A stretch of 64,000 nt of DNA from Desulfitobacteriaceae bacterium (GCA_028709045.1 JAQVXR010000001.1:31221-95220), one strand, 5' to 3'. Positions 38,041 to 47,182 are shown, counted from the stretch's first letter. Notes: generated by a model from the sequence alone, not told the origin. Numbers and translations: made by a program.

Positions 38041-38563
38041 ATTCGATCGTTCCGAAATTGTCTAAAGGCCAGATGCGGAATATAGCCTTTCCTTTGATAT
38101 CTTCTACGGGAATGAAGGAAACATCGGCACTTCGGCTGTCATGACTGTTCCCTCTGTTGTCCCCCATAACAAAAACTGTATCCGGGGGAACCAGGGTATC
38201 AATATTCCCGTCAGTATAGTCTTCATTAATATATGGTTCTTCCAAGGCTTCTCCATTACGATAAACAACGCCGTCCTCAATAGAAATATGGTCTCCCGCT
38301 AAAGCAATCGTTCTTTTTACGTAATAAGATCCGGCCCGGTCAGGTGCATCAAGTATTACAATATCCCCACGGTCAGGTTCGCTTAAGGCATAAACAATTC
38401 TGTTGGTAAAGAGCCTGTCTTGATTATGCAAGGTGGGATACATGGACTGTCCGTACACCTCGGTGATCTGAAAGAAATAAGTTCTAATTATCAGTGCAAT
38501 AACAACTGCTAAAAGAAAACTCTTCAAATATTCCCAGAGGACACTACTAATTGATTTTTTCAC
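38039..38563 (-). CDS. lepB: Signal peptidase I
   Basis: S26 motifs GQSMYPTL, KR, GDNRGNSHDSR; N-terminal TM anchor. Confidence 0.88.
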   Translation of the reverse strand: MKKSISSVLWEYLKSFLLAVVIALIIRTYFFQITEVYGQSMYPTLHNQDRLFTNRIVYALSEPDRGDIVILDAPDRAGSYYVKRTIALAGDHISIEDGVVYRNGEALEEPYINEDYTDGNIDTLVPPDTVFVMGDNRGNSHDSRSADVSFIPVEDIKGKAIFRIWPLDNFGTIE

Positions 38564-38736
38564 TTTTTAACACCTCTTTCAACGCCATATATTATACCAT
38601 GTCTCACCTCATTGTGAACTTATTATGTTAAAGAATATTTTTTGGGTGACTTTTCCAGGGTACCTGCAAGTGAAAATAGCTTTTTTCAAGAATAGCTTAA
38701 GTTAACTTACAGATAATAGTTAAGAGGTGATGCTGG

Positions 38737-39819
38737 ATGAAACGATTTAGGTTATTATTTTTAGGGGCATTATTGTTTTTTTTGTTTCCAGGAGGAGCTT
38801 GGGCGGAACCTAATATCAGTGCCAAAACGGCAGTAGTTATTGATGGATACACCGGGGAAATGTTATGGGGAAAGGACGCCGACAAGTTTCGAGCTCCGGC
38901 CAGTACGATAAAGATGCTGACGGCGTTGATTGCCATGGAACAGCTTGATCTTAAGGAGCAGGTGACCATTGGGAAAAAGGCGCATCAAACTTATGTAGGG
39001 CAAACGATCGGTCTAACTCAAGGGGATGTAGTGACCGTTGAGGATCTGTTGGAGGCGGCACTCTTGTGGTCGGCTAATGATGCTGCGGTGGCCTTAGGAG
39101 AGCACATGGCAAAAACCCCGGAGCTATTTGCCTTTATGATGAACTATAAAGCTTGGGCGCTAGGCGCTTTTCGTTCCCGTTTTGTTAATCCCAATGGTTA
39201 TTCAGATCCGTTACAGTACTCTACTGCCTATGATTTGGCGCTCATTAGCCGGGCGGCTATGGAAAATTCATTTATCCGAAATACTGTTTGTAAGCAAAAT
39301 GCAAAGATTACTTGGTTAAACAAGAATAAGACAAAAGAAGTGGCCAATACTAACCAGCTGTTAGAATTATACCCTTACGCAAACGGAATTAAAACCGGCA
39401 CCACCAGTGCGGCCGGGGGCTGCCTGGTAGGCTCGGCTTTACAGAATGACCGCTGGCTGATTACAGCTGTCCTGGGAAGCTCCCGCCGTTATGCGGATAC
39501 AATTGCTCTTTTTGATTATGGAATGAAGAATTTTTCTCAGGTGGGGATAGTAAAAGAAAGAGCGTATACTGCGATAAATGTGACAAAGGGGGAGGTAGAA
39601 CGGGTAGCATTGTTACCGGAGGAAAACATCTATCTGACCGTCCCCAACGATAAATTTTCCGAAGTAAAAATTGAAGCAAGCATGCCTTCGAGTGTTTCAG
39701 CACCTGTGAAAAAAGGCCAGGTGTTGGGAAACGTAACTGTTTATTATGAAAACCGGGTTATCAACCGGACAGATCTTGTTGCGGCTGACAACGTAAAGCG
39801 AAAAAGCATATTTTTTTAA
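38737..39819 (+). CDS. D-alanyl-D-alanine carboxypeptidase (S11, PBP5-like)
   Basis: SxxK (ASTIKM), SxN (SAND), KTG (KTGTT); signal peptide; C-terminal PBP5_C-like domain. Confidence 0.85.
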   Translation: MKRFRLLFLGALLFFLFPGGAWAEPNISAKTAVVIDGYTGEMLWGKDADKFRAPASTIKMLTALIAMEQLDLKEQVTIGKKAHQTYVGQTIGLTQGDVVTVEDLLEAALLWSANDAAVALGEHMAKTPELFAFMMNYKAWALGAFRSRFVNPNGYSDPLQYSTAYDLALISRAAMENSFIRNTVCKQNAKITWLNKNKTKEVANTNQLLELYPYANGIKTGTTSAAGGCLVGSALQNDRWLITAVLGSSRRYADTIALFDYGMKNFSQVGIVKERAYTAINVTKGEVERVALLPEENIYLTVPNDKFSEVKIEASMPSSVSAPVKKGQVLGNVTVYYENRVINRTDLVAADNVKRKSIFF

Positions 39820-39849
39820 TCCAATAATATATTCTGAGACCGGACGCTA

Positions 39850-40368
39850 TTGCATAAACATTTGATGTGGAAAACTTTTGGGGAGGGATGGGAGTTGACA
39901 TCGAAAGAAAAAGAGGTAGCGGCCGGTTGTGGCATGTTTAATATGGATGAAATGTATAACTTGAATCCCATGATGGGAGCGGAAGGTATGTGCCCTATGA
40001 TGGGAACTCCTGATATGGGGATGCAGCCAATGAACATGCAGCCGGCGCCAGGAATGTGTCCTATGACAGGCATGCAGCCAATGAATATGCCGCCGATGAT
40101 GGGCATGTCTCCAATGATGGGGATGCAGCCAATGAATATGTCTCCAATGAATATGTCTCCAATGATGGGGATGCAGCCAATGAATATGCCTCCGATGATG
40201 GGCATGCATCAGATGATGGGAATGCCTCCGATGCAGGCACATATGCCAATGGAAATATCCCCTACTCAAGTCATGCCTGAAGAGTGGTATGATAAAATAC
40301 AGCATGTATACAAACGAATTAATGAGATCTATAAAATGGTACATGAAATTCATCGGAAAATTAAGTAA
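39850..40368 (+). CDS. Methionine/proline-rich repeat protein, unknown function
   Basis: Track ORF. The more likely start is in-frame TTG 39895, 7 nt after GGGGAGGG. Non-repetitive N-terminus and an amphipathic C-terminus (EEWYDKIQHVYKRINEIYKMVHEIHRKIK) flank the MQPMNM/PMMGM repeats. Confidence 0.6.
   Translation: MHKHLMWKTFGEGWELTSKEKEVAAGCGMFNMDEMYNLNPMMGAEGMCPMMGTPDMGMQPMNMQPAPGMCPMTGMQPMNMPPMMGMSPMMGMQPMNMSPMNMSPMMGMQPMNMPPMMGMHQMMGMPPMQAHMPMEISPTQVMPEEWYDKIQHVYKRINEIYKMVHEIHRKIK
40021..40218 (+). repeat. In-frame imperfect tandem repeat (period about 51 bp, 4 units)
   Basis: atgcagccaatgaa(c/t)atg recurs at 40021, 40072, 40123 and 40171 (spacing 51, 51, 48). Confidence 0.85.
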
Positions 40369-40429
40369 CACAGCTTTGCCAAAATTGGGTATAATATGGG
40401 GGTGAGAGATAAATAAAAGGAGATACCAT

Positions 40430-40867
40430 GTGAAGGAAGTAATCATTTATACAGACGGTGCTTGTTCGGGGAACCCCGGTCCCGGAGGATGGGGGGCTGT
40501 TTTAATGTACGGAGGTGCCCAAAAAGAAGTATCCGGCTATCACCCGGCGACGACAAACCAGAGAATGGAATTAACAGCAGCCATTGAGGCCTTAATACTT
40601 CTCAAAGAGCCGTGTATTATTAAGTTGTACAGTGACAGTGCCTATCTAGTTAACGCATTTCAACAGGGTTGGTTGCGTAACTGGCAAAAGAACGGCTGGA
40701 GGAATTCCCGTAAGGAGCCGGTGGGAAATCAGGATTTATGGAAAAAGCTTCTTGAGATGAACCATAAACACCAGGTACAATGGTTGAAGGTGGCGGGTCA
40801 TTCCGATAATCAATATAATAACCGTTGCGATGAATTAGCCCGAAATGAGATTAAGAAGAACCGTTGA
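40430..40867 (+). CDS. rnhA: Ribonuclease HI
   Basis: IYTDGACSGNPGPGGWG, NQRMEL, DSAY, GHSDNQYNNRCDELA; GTG start 7 nt after AAGGAG. Confidence 0.88.
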   Translation: MKEVIIYTDGACSGNPGPGGWGAVLMYGGAQKEVSGYHPATTNQRMELTAAIEALILLKEPCIIKLYSDSAYLVNAFQQGWLRNWQKNGWRNSRKEPVGNQDLWKKLLEMNHKHQVQWLKVAGHSDNQYNNRCDELARNEIKKNR

Positions 40868-40887
40868 ATAAACAGCGGTTCTTTTTC
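40856..40887 (+). terminator. Intrinsic terminator overlapping the rnhA stop
   Basis: gaaccg pairs with cggttc (11-nt loop), followed by ttttt. Confidence 0.6.
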
Positions 40888-40959
40888 CTTGCCTGCAGCA
40901 GGAAATTAAATTTTGCCCGGCGAACATTGCTACAGGTTTATAAAAAGGAGGCTGGCGAA

Positions 40960-41856
40960 GTGTCCGGCATTAAGCAAATCAGAGCATTTATTATGGTGGC
41001 CGATTTAAAGAGTTTTACCTGTGCCGCCGAAGCGTTATACATGACTCAACCTGCGGTGAGCAGTCAGATTAAGTCTCTGGAGGAGCATCTAGGAATCTCT
41101 TTGATTAAAAGAAACGATAAGCGGGTTGAATTAACCGAAGCAGGTAAACAATTTTATCTTGAGGCAAAAAATATTATTATTGCCTATGAACGGGCATTAG
41201 AAGTTATAGACGAGTTCCGAGGATTGAAGAGAGGACGGCTTTCAATCGGTGCCAGCACAATTCCCGGTGAATATATAATTCCCAGGTATATTGGTTCTTT
41301 CCACAAACTATACCCTGGAATAGAGATTCGCCTTACTGTCGGGGATACAGGCTCTGTTCTGGATATGCTTTTGGCAAGAAGGATCGATCTCGGGATAGTT
41401 GGGGCAAAGCTTGATATAGAAAAAGTCGATTTTGATCCGTTCTGGAAAGATGAACTGGTACTGATTTCAGCGACTGACAGGGAAATCCCCGGAGAAATTT
41501 CCTTGAAGGATCTACCCCGGTTTGATTTTATTATGCGGGAAAAGAATTCCGGTACCAGAATGACACTGAAAAAAATAATGGCTGGCTTTGGTATGACTGA
41601 AAAAGATTTACGCATAGTAATGGAACTTGGCAGTACCCAGGCTGTGATTACGGCAGCGGCTGCAGATTTGGGAGTGGGTATTGTTTCAAAGTGGGCGGCT
41701 AGAGAGGCCTTGAAGGCCGGAAGCATAAAAAAAGTAAGGATTAAAGAAGGGGAATTGCAGCGAGAGTTATTTATCGTAACTTTAAAAAACGCTATGGGGA
41801 CCGGAGCCAGGGATTCTTTTCAGGAGTATATAAAAAAGCAGACTCCTGCCTTTTAA
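40960..41856 (+). CDS. LysR-family transcriptional regulator
   Basis: HTH FTCAAEALYMTQPAVSSQIKSLEEHLG followed by a LysR substrate-binding domain. GTG 40960 behind AAGGAGG (track start 40864). Confidence 0.85.
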   Translation: MSGIKQIRAFIMVADLKSFTCAAEALYMTQPAVSSQIKSLEEHLGISLIKRNDKRVELTEAGKQFYLEAKNIIIAYERALEVIDEFRGLKRGRLSIGASTIPGEYIIPRYIGSFHKLYPGIEIRLTVGDTGSVLDMLLARRIDLGIVGAKLDIEKVDFDPFWKDELVLISATDREIPGEISLKDLPRFDFIMREKNSGTRMTLKKIMAGFGMTEKDLRIVMELGSTQAVITAAAADLGVGIVSKWAAREALKAGSIKKVRIKEGELQRELFIVTLKNAMGTGARDSFQEYIKKQTPAF

Positions 41857-41886
41857 AGGCAGGAGCCAAAGTTGATGATAAAAATA

Positions 41887-42981
41887 TTAGACATTAAATC
41901 GGAAATTAATGATATCGCCATCCTGAACGAGATAGTCTTTTCCTTCCAAGCGAAAAAGCCCCATTTCCCTTGCTTTAGCTATGGATCCGGCTTTTTTTAG
42001 GTCCTCAAAAGCGACTACCTCTGCTCGGATAAATCCCCTTTCAATATCAGAGTGAATTTTCCCTGCTGCTTTTTTAGCGGGCAGTTCCTTTTTTATTGTC
42101 CAGGCTTTAACCTCGTCCTCGCCTGCTGTCAAAAAGGAGATTAGTCCCAACAGCCGGTAAACGGCCTTTGCCAGCCTGTCAATCCCTGGTTCGTTAATCC
42201 CCAGATCTTCCATAAAAACTGTTTTATCTTCGTCCTCTAACTGACTGATTTCCGCCTCAACCTGGGCACATATTTCCAGGATAATGATGTTGTGCTCTTT
42301 ACCATACGTATAAATAGCATCCTTCTGAGGATATGCTTTTGAGGTAAACTGTTTTTCATCCAAATTTACGACAATCAGCATTGGCTTATCTGTCAGGAAA
42401 GTAATATGTTTTACTGCCTCTTTTTCACCGTCTGTAAAACTAATGGAACTGACAGGCTGTTCATTTTCCAAAACATCACGGATTTTTAATAAGGTTACTT
42501 CTTCCAAAGGGTTTTCCAGTTTCTTTTTCTTTCCGCTGTTTATCCTTTCTAACCGGGTTTCCACAAGCTGCAGGTCCGCAAACAAAAGTTCCATGTTAAC
42601 GGTTTCTAAGTCCTGCAAAATATCAAGGGTATCGTCCACATGTAGTACATTTTTATTTTCGAAGGAGCGCAGAATATGTACTAAGGCGTCGGCGTCACGC
42701 ACGGCAGAGAGAAATTCATTGCCTGTTCCCTTTCCTTGGCTTGCTCCCCGGACCAGCCCGGGAATGTCAATAAATTCAATTTGAGCATAAGTTGTTTTTT
42801 TAGGCTTAAACATTTTGGAAAGATAATTAACCCGTTCATCGGGAACAACAGCCATATTAATGTTTGTGCCGGTCTTGCCGGAGTAAAAGGCGCTGGTTTC
42901 AATTCCTGCATTGGTGAGTAAGTTAAAAAAAGTGGTTTTGCCAACCATGGGAAGTCCGACGATGCCACAGGTCAGGGCCAT
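41887..42981 (-). CDS. ychF: Redox-regulated ATPase YchF (Obg-family)
   Basis: G1 GLPMVGKTTFFN, DIPGLV, C-terminal TGS-like DGDIINFRFNV; 364 aa. Confidence 0.92.
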   Translation of the reverse strand: MALTCGIVGLPMVGKTTFFNLLTNAGIETSAFYSGKTGTNINMAVVPDERVNYLSKMFKPKKTTYAQIEFIDIPGLVRGASQGKGTGNEFLSAVRDADALVHILRSFENKNVLHVDDTLDILQDLETVNMELLFADLQLVETRLERINSGKKKKLENPLEEVTLLKIRDVLENEQPVSSISFTDGEKEAVKHITFLTDKPMLIVVNLDEKQFTSKAYPQKDAIYTYGKEHNIIILEICAQVEAEISQLEDEDKTVFMEDLGINEPGIDRLAKAVYRLLGLISFLTAGEDEVKAWTIKKELPAKKAAGKIHSDIERGFIRAEVVAFEDLKKAGSIAKAREMGLFRLEGKDYLVQDGDIINFRFNV

Positions 42982-43144
42982 AAAAACACCTCCATATGTG
43001 TATCGTTAATTAAATGAATAGTACTGGTAATTATTATACTTTATCAATGCTAAAGGCACAAGGCAAGTAAGGGGTGGCCGTTTGCCAATCAAACTTTATA
43101 AAAATTTGCTATTTTCCAACAAATTTCTCATAAAGATTTTTATA

Positions 43145-43173
43145 TTTACCAATTGCCAAATTTACTTTATAAT
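43145..43173 (+). promoter_or_regulatory. Candidate sigma-A promoter for nhaA
   Basis: TTTACC (43145-50), 17-nt spacer, TATAAT (43168-73); would give a leader of about 150 nt. Confidence 0.4.
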
Positions 43174-43329
43174 GTAAAATTGGGGAATAATTTTAAGTAT
43201 TCTAGTATAGAAAATCAATTTTCAATATAGTGCCACAGACCATTTTATTATAAGATTGCCGGGCCATATTAACTGAATTGGGGAACACTTGCAATATTTG
43301 AAACAATAATTATAGAAGGGAATGATGAT

Positions 43330-44478
43330 ATGAAAAGATCTATTCAATTGTTGCAGGAATTTTCAATCCCATTAATTGCCGGTGTCCTTGCTGCTTTAGC
43401 TTGGGCTAATTTATCTCCGGAAAGTTACCATTATTTTATTCACAAGGAATTGTTCGCTGGTGTAAACTTTCACTTTTTAGTTAATGATGTCTTTATGGTT
43501 TTTTTCTTTGCTACTGCGGCAGTAGAAATAACTCAGGCTCTGCTTCCGGGCGGAGATTTAAACCCAATTAAAAAAGCAATCAATCCTCTTTTTGCGACCA
43601 TTGGCGGAGTGGTGGGACCGGCTGTTGTTTATCTGGCGTTAAATGCGGCTATTGGTGCGCCGGAGTATGTGAGAGGCTGGGGGATTCCCACGGCTACCGA
43701 TATTGCCCTTGCTTGGCTGGTAGCCCGGTTTGTGTTCGGAGCGGCTCACCCGGCGGTGAAGTTTTTACTGCTTTTAGCGGTAGCCGATGATGCTCTCGGG
43801 TTGATAATTATTGCTGTTTTTTATCCTGATCCAATGAACCCTGTAGTCCCAGGTATGCTGATCTTTGTTTTACTTGGTATGCTCGCTGCATTCCTTTTGA
43901 GGAGGTTTAAAGTTCAAAATTACTGGCCGTATTTAATCATCGGCGGAGTATTAAGTTGGTATGGTCTCTACAGTGCTCACTTACATGTTGCTTTAGCGCT
44001 GGTTCCCATTATCCCGTTTTTGCCTTCGGATAAAAAAGAAACGGCACACTTATTTGAGGCGGATATCAATGAAAATTCAACTTTAACCAAGTTTGAACAT
44101 GACTGGAAATTATTTATTGATTTTGGGCTCTTTTTCTTTGGCCTATCCAATGCAGGCGTACAGTTTTCTGAAATTGGCGTTCCTACTTGGTTGGTATTCT
44201 GTGCGCTGTTATTTGGAAAGACTATCGGAATTACTTTGTTGGGCAGTCTGGCACGGCTTATTGGCTTTCCGTTGCCCAACGGCATGGGCTTCAAAGAACT
44301 TTTAATTGCCGGTGTTGTTGGGGGCGTTGGATTAACGGTAGCCCTTTTTGTGGCTACGGCAGCCTTTGTTGATTTGGATATTCAAGCAGCAGCAAAGATG
44401 GGAGCACTCTTTAGCGCTGCGATTGCCATTATTGCCATTGCCCTCGGCAAAGTGTTGCACATTAAAAGAATAGAATAA
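43330..44478 (+). CDS. nhaA: Na+/H+ antiporter NhaA
   Basis: NhaA-family sequence (GWGIPTATDIA, VADDALGLIIIAVFY); polytopic. Confidence 0.9.
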   Translation: MKRSIQLLQEFSIPLIAGVLAALAWANLSPESYHYFIHKELFAGVNFHFLVNDVFMVFFFATAAVEITQALLPGGDLNPIKKAINPLFATIGGVVGPAVVYLALNAAIGAPEYVRGWGIPTATDIALAWLVARFVFGAAHPAVKFLLLLAVADDALGLIIIAVFYPDPMNPVVPGMLIFVLLGMLAAFLLRRFKVQNYWPYLIIGGVLSWYGLYSAHLHVALALVPIIPFLPSDKKETAHLFEADINENSTLTKFEHDWKLFIDFGLFFFGLSNAGVQFSEIGVPTWLVFCALLFGKTIGITLLGSLARLIGFPLPNGMGFKELLIAGVVGGVGLTVALFVATAAFVDLDIQAAAKMGALFSAAIAIIAIALGKVLHIKRIE

Positions 44479-44496
44479 AGAAAAGCAAGTTAACAA

Positions 44497-44527
44497 TCCG
44501 GGGCGCGTTTTTACCCCGGATTTTTTC
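44497..44527 (+). terminator. Intrinsic terminator after nhaA
   Basis: tccgggg pairs with ccccgga, followed by six Ts. Confidence 0.8.
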
Positions 44528-44528
44528 A

Positions 44529-44621
44529 TACTACCAGGAACTAAGTTAATATAGGTTGGTATGATAAGTGTAACTAAGGCTTTTGTCTGCGTCAAAGACT
44601 TTGACGCAAGCCCAGTTTTTT
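44529..44621 (+). repeat. Intergenic repeat family, copy D (short form, alternative 3' hairpin)
   Basis: tactaccagg..taagttaatatagg..ttggtatga..taagtgtaactaaggctt, then perfect 10-bp hairpin tgcgtcaaag-a-ctttgacgca, then agcccag and a T-run. Confidence 0.7.
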
Positions 44622-44714
44622 ATATATGGCTGCATATTTATTGGAGCGATCAACTGAAATAATTTACCAACTCATCCTTTTGGGATATAATAAAAGGGGT
44701 GGAGGGAATAACAA

Positions 44715-45365
44715 ATGACCATAAATTTGATGATACTGGGATTGCTCATTCTGGGTTTTATTATCGGATGGAAAAAGGGTTTTATAAGAATTATATCCTG
44801 TCCCCTGGGGATCCTCGTCGGCTTATATCTTGGCGTTAATTTTGCCGGGTGGTTGGGAGCGTTGATTAATACCCGCTATGATTTAGTGGCTAAATTAAAC
44901 GATTTTTTTTTAGGGAAGTCGTTTATTGTCAAAATTGGGGAGTTGGCCATGTCCTTATTAGCTCCCTTTCACGGGGTTTCCAGAGCGGTAACGAGTATTG
45001 TTCCTAACTCCGATACATCTTTAATGGAGCCGACCCGGTTTTTGGCCGTTCTCTTTTTATATTTAATATCGTTTATCTTTCTCTTGATTGCTGCAAAAAT
45101 TATTTTCAATCTTTCAGTCTATTTAATTACAAAAGGTTTAGATCATACTTTTGTAGGTGTTTTTAATCGTTCTGCAGGTGGTCTTGCAGGATTGGTAATT
45201 TCATTGGTACTGTGTGGATTCATAATTATTCTTTTTACAGTTCTGCTTCCCACCACGGTCCTTGGTACTGAGAGTAATACTTTGGGTAAAATGTCTCAGA
45301 CGATAAATGATTCCGTTGCTGCCGGTGCTGTAAAGGAGCTAGTCGGTGGGTTTTTTAGGAGGTGA
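44715..45365 (+). CDS. CvpA-family membrane protein
   Basis: N-terminal IILGLLILGFIIGWKKGFIR pattern and four to five TM segments are typical of colicin V production (CvpA) family proteins. Confidence 0.7.
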   Translation: MTINLMILGLLILGFIIGWKKGFIRIISCPLGILVGLYLGVNFAGWLGALINTRYDLVAKLNDFFLGKSFIVKIGELAMSLLAPFHGVSRAVTSIVPNSDTSLMEPTRFLAVLFLYLISFIFLLIAAKIIFNLSVYLITKGLDHTFVGVFNRSAGGLAGLVISLVLCGFIIILFTVLLPTTVLGTESNTLGKMSQTINDSVAAGAVKELVGGFFRR

Positions 45366-45369
45366 ATAT

Positions 45370-46071
45370 GTGGAACCGGAAGAGTTAAAAATTCAGTTAG
45401 CAGGATTGACAGAAATTTGGGGTGGTGATCTTTTTGGGGTTGCCGACCTGGGTGAAATAGCCGATGCAATTGCCGGGGAATATGGCGATCAGTTTAAAGA
45501 GTTAACCCGTGCCATTTCGGTAGCGGTGTTTTTTCCCAAGTCTGTGGTGAACGAATTGGCACAAGGTCCTACTCATACCTACCTGCGCTATTATGATACG
45601 ATCAACGCACGCTTGGATGATATTGCTTTAAGGCTTAATAATTATCTTCAAAAAAAGGGGTATCAAACATTCCCGATTCCCGCATCCCAACGGGTGAGCG
45701 AATCAAGACTGGCAGGAATCTTCAGCCATCGTTTGGCCGCCCATCGAGCAGGTCTTGGGTGGATCGGGAAAAATTGCTCCTTGATAAATCCGAAAGTTGG
45801 CCCGAGGCTTCGTTTGGTTACTGTCCTGACTGATGCACCTTTACCGGCGGATAGGCCCTTAGAAAATCGCTGCGGGGAGTGTACTCTTTGCCAGGAGGCT
45901 TGTCCCCCCGGCGCAGTCAAAGGGATTGCTTTTCGGGCAGACGGTTCTTTGGATGAACGTTTTGATGCGCCGGCTTGTAATGACTATCTGAGTCAGATGC
46001 GGCACAGTTTTGGCAAAAGAGTGTGCGGGCGGTGTTTGGCGGCCTGCCCTTGGGGGAATAAAGGCAGATAA
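45370..46071 (+). CDS. 4Fe-4S double-cluster protein, QueG/reductive-dehalogenase-related C-terminal type
   Basis: CGECTLCQEACPPG and CGRCLAACPWG motifs. Start moved to GTG 45370, 7 nt after AGGAGG (track start 45346). Confidence 0.7.
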   Translation: MEPEELKIQLAGLTEIWGGDLFGVADLGEIADAIAGEYGDQFKELTRAISVAVFFPKSVVNELAQGPTHTYLRYYDTINARLDDIALRLNNYLQKKGYQTFPIPASQRVSESRLAGIFSHRLAAHRAGLGWIGKNCSLINPKVGPRLRLVTVLTDAPLPADRPLENRCGECTLCQEACPPGAVKGIAFRADGSLDERFDAPACNDYLSQMRHSFGKRVCGRCLAACPWGNKGR

Positions 46072-46103
46072 ATATTATTAGGAATCTATTGGAGGTGAGA
46101 TCC

Positions 46104-47162
46104 GTGGGTGATAACGGGATTCGTTTAACTCAGATGGTTACAGCTGCCGGGTGAGCGGCTAAAATCGGTCCGGCGGACCTGGCAAAAATTCTCTCCGGTA
46201 TGCCAAAATTTTCTCATCCAAATTTATTAGTAGGAACAGAAAACTATGATGATGCCGGGGTTTATAAAATTTCAGACGATCTGGCGCTGATTCAAACAGT
46301 GGATTTTTTTACGCCTATGGTGGATGATCCATTTGCCTTTGGACAGATTGCTGCTGCGAATGCTTTAAGCGATATCTATGCCATGGGGGGTGAACCCCTG
46401 ACGGTCATGAATATTGCTACTTTCCCTAAGTGCTCTGATCTTGAAGTGTTTGCCAAAATTTTACGGGGCGGAGCACAAAAGGTGATAGAGGCAGGCGCCC
46501 TTTTAGTCGGAGGGCACACTGTAGATGATAAAGAACCAAAGTACGGGTTGGCTGTTACGGGAATTGCAAAACCGCAAGAAATACTAACTAATGATAAAGC
46601 ACGTCCGGGGGATTTGCTGGTTATGACAAAAACCCTGGGAAATGGTATTATTGCCACCGGGATTAAGGCGGGAATGGTAGATGAACAAACTGAACTGGAA
46701 GTAATTCGGGATATGGCCGCTCTCAATAAAAATGCGGCAGTGGCAATAAAAAAGGCAGGTGTTCACTCTGCAACCGATATTACCGGGTTTGGTTTCTTAG
46801 GGCACCTGGGGGAAATGATGGCTGCCAGTAAAGTTTCGGCGGAAATATGGGCAGAGCGACTCCCTGTTTGGGAAAAGGCACGGGAACTGGCTGAGATGGG
46901 CATTATTCCCGGAGGCTGTTACAACAATAAAAATTATTTAGCGGAGAGATTAGATTTTCAGGCAGATGTTCCCCAATTTTTACAGGATATCATGTTTGAC
47001 CCGCAGACCAGTGGAGGACTATTGATCGCTGTTTCGCCCCTGAAAGTGAATTTGCTGGTTTCGCTGTTGCAAGAAAGCCGGGTAGGCTTTCGCCTTGTAG
47101 GAAAGGTTCATGGGGAGAACCCAGGGAAAATTTATGTCAGCCGGGGTGAAGGAAATCTTTAA
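46104..47162 (+). CDS. selD: Selenide, water dikinase; selenoprotein form (in-frame UGA at 46152-46154 read as Sec)
   Basis: GTG 46104 behind GGAGGTG. Translation VGDNGIRLTQMVTAAG-U-AAKIGPADL... runs in frame into track ORF 46200..47162. It aligns with E. coli SelD IRLTQYSHGAGCGCKISP, with U at the catalytic Cys17 position. Confidence 0.85.
46167..46179 (+). promoter_or_regulatory. Putative SECIS apical hairpin
   Basis: ggtcc-ggc-ggacc begins 12 nt after the UGA and has a G-containing apical loop. Confidence 0.5.
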
Positions 47163-47182
47163 ATGGTCAGGGGGAGATTGGG

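Noticed and set aside
40021-40218. Regularly spaced repeats that might be taken for a CRISPR array
   Set aside because: The units are contiguous with no unique spacers, are in frame within a CDS, and have no leader or cas genes nearby.
39816-40446. His/Trp/Arg-rich 199-aa ORF (39847..40446) and Ile/Gly-rich 129-aa ORF (39816..40205) on the minus strand, plus ORFs 40056..40280 (+) and 40061..40249 (-)
   Set aside because: They are alternative-frame readings of the same 51-bp tandem repeat. None has an RBS, and the 199-aa ORF would run through the rnhA RBS and start codon. The + frame has an RBS and non-repetitive, protein-like termini.
42982-43329. Possible replication-origin or DnaA-box cluster in the 348-bp AT-rich gap
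   Set aside because: No TTATCCACA/TGTGGATAA-like boxes were seen, and dnaA and dnaN are not adjacent. The gap is more simply two divergent promoters plus a leader.
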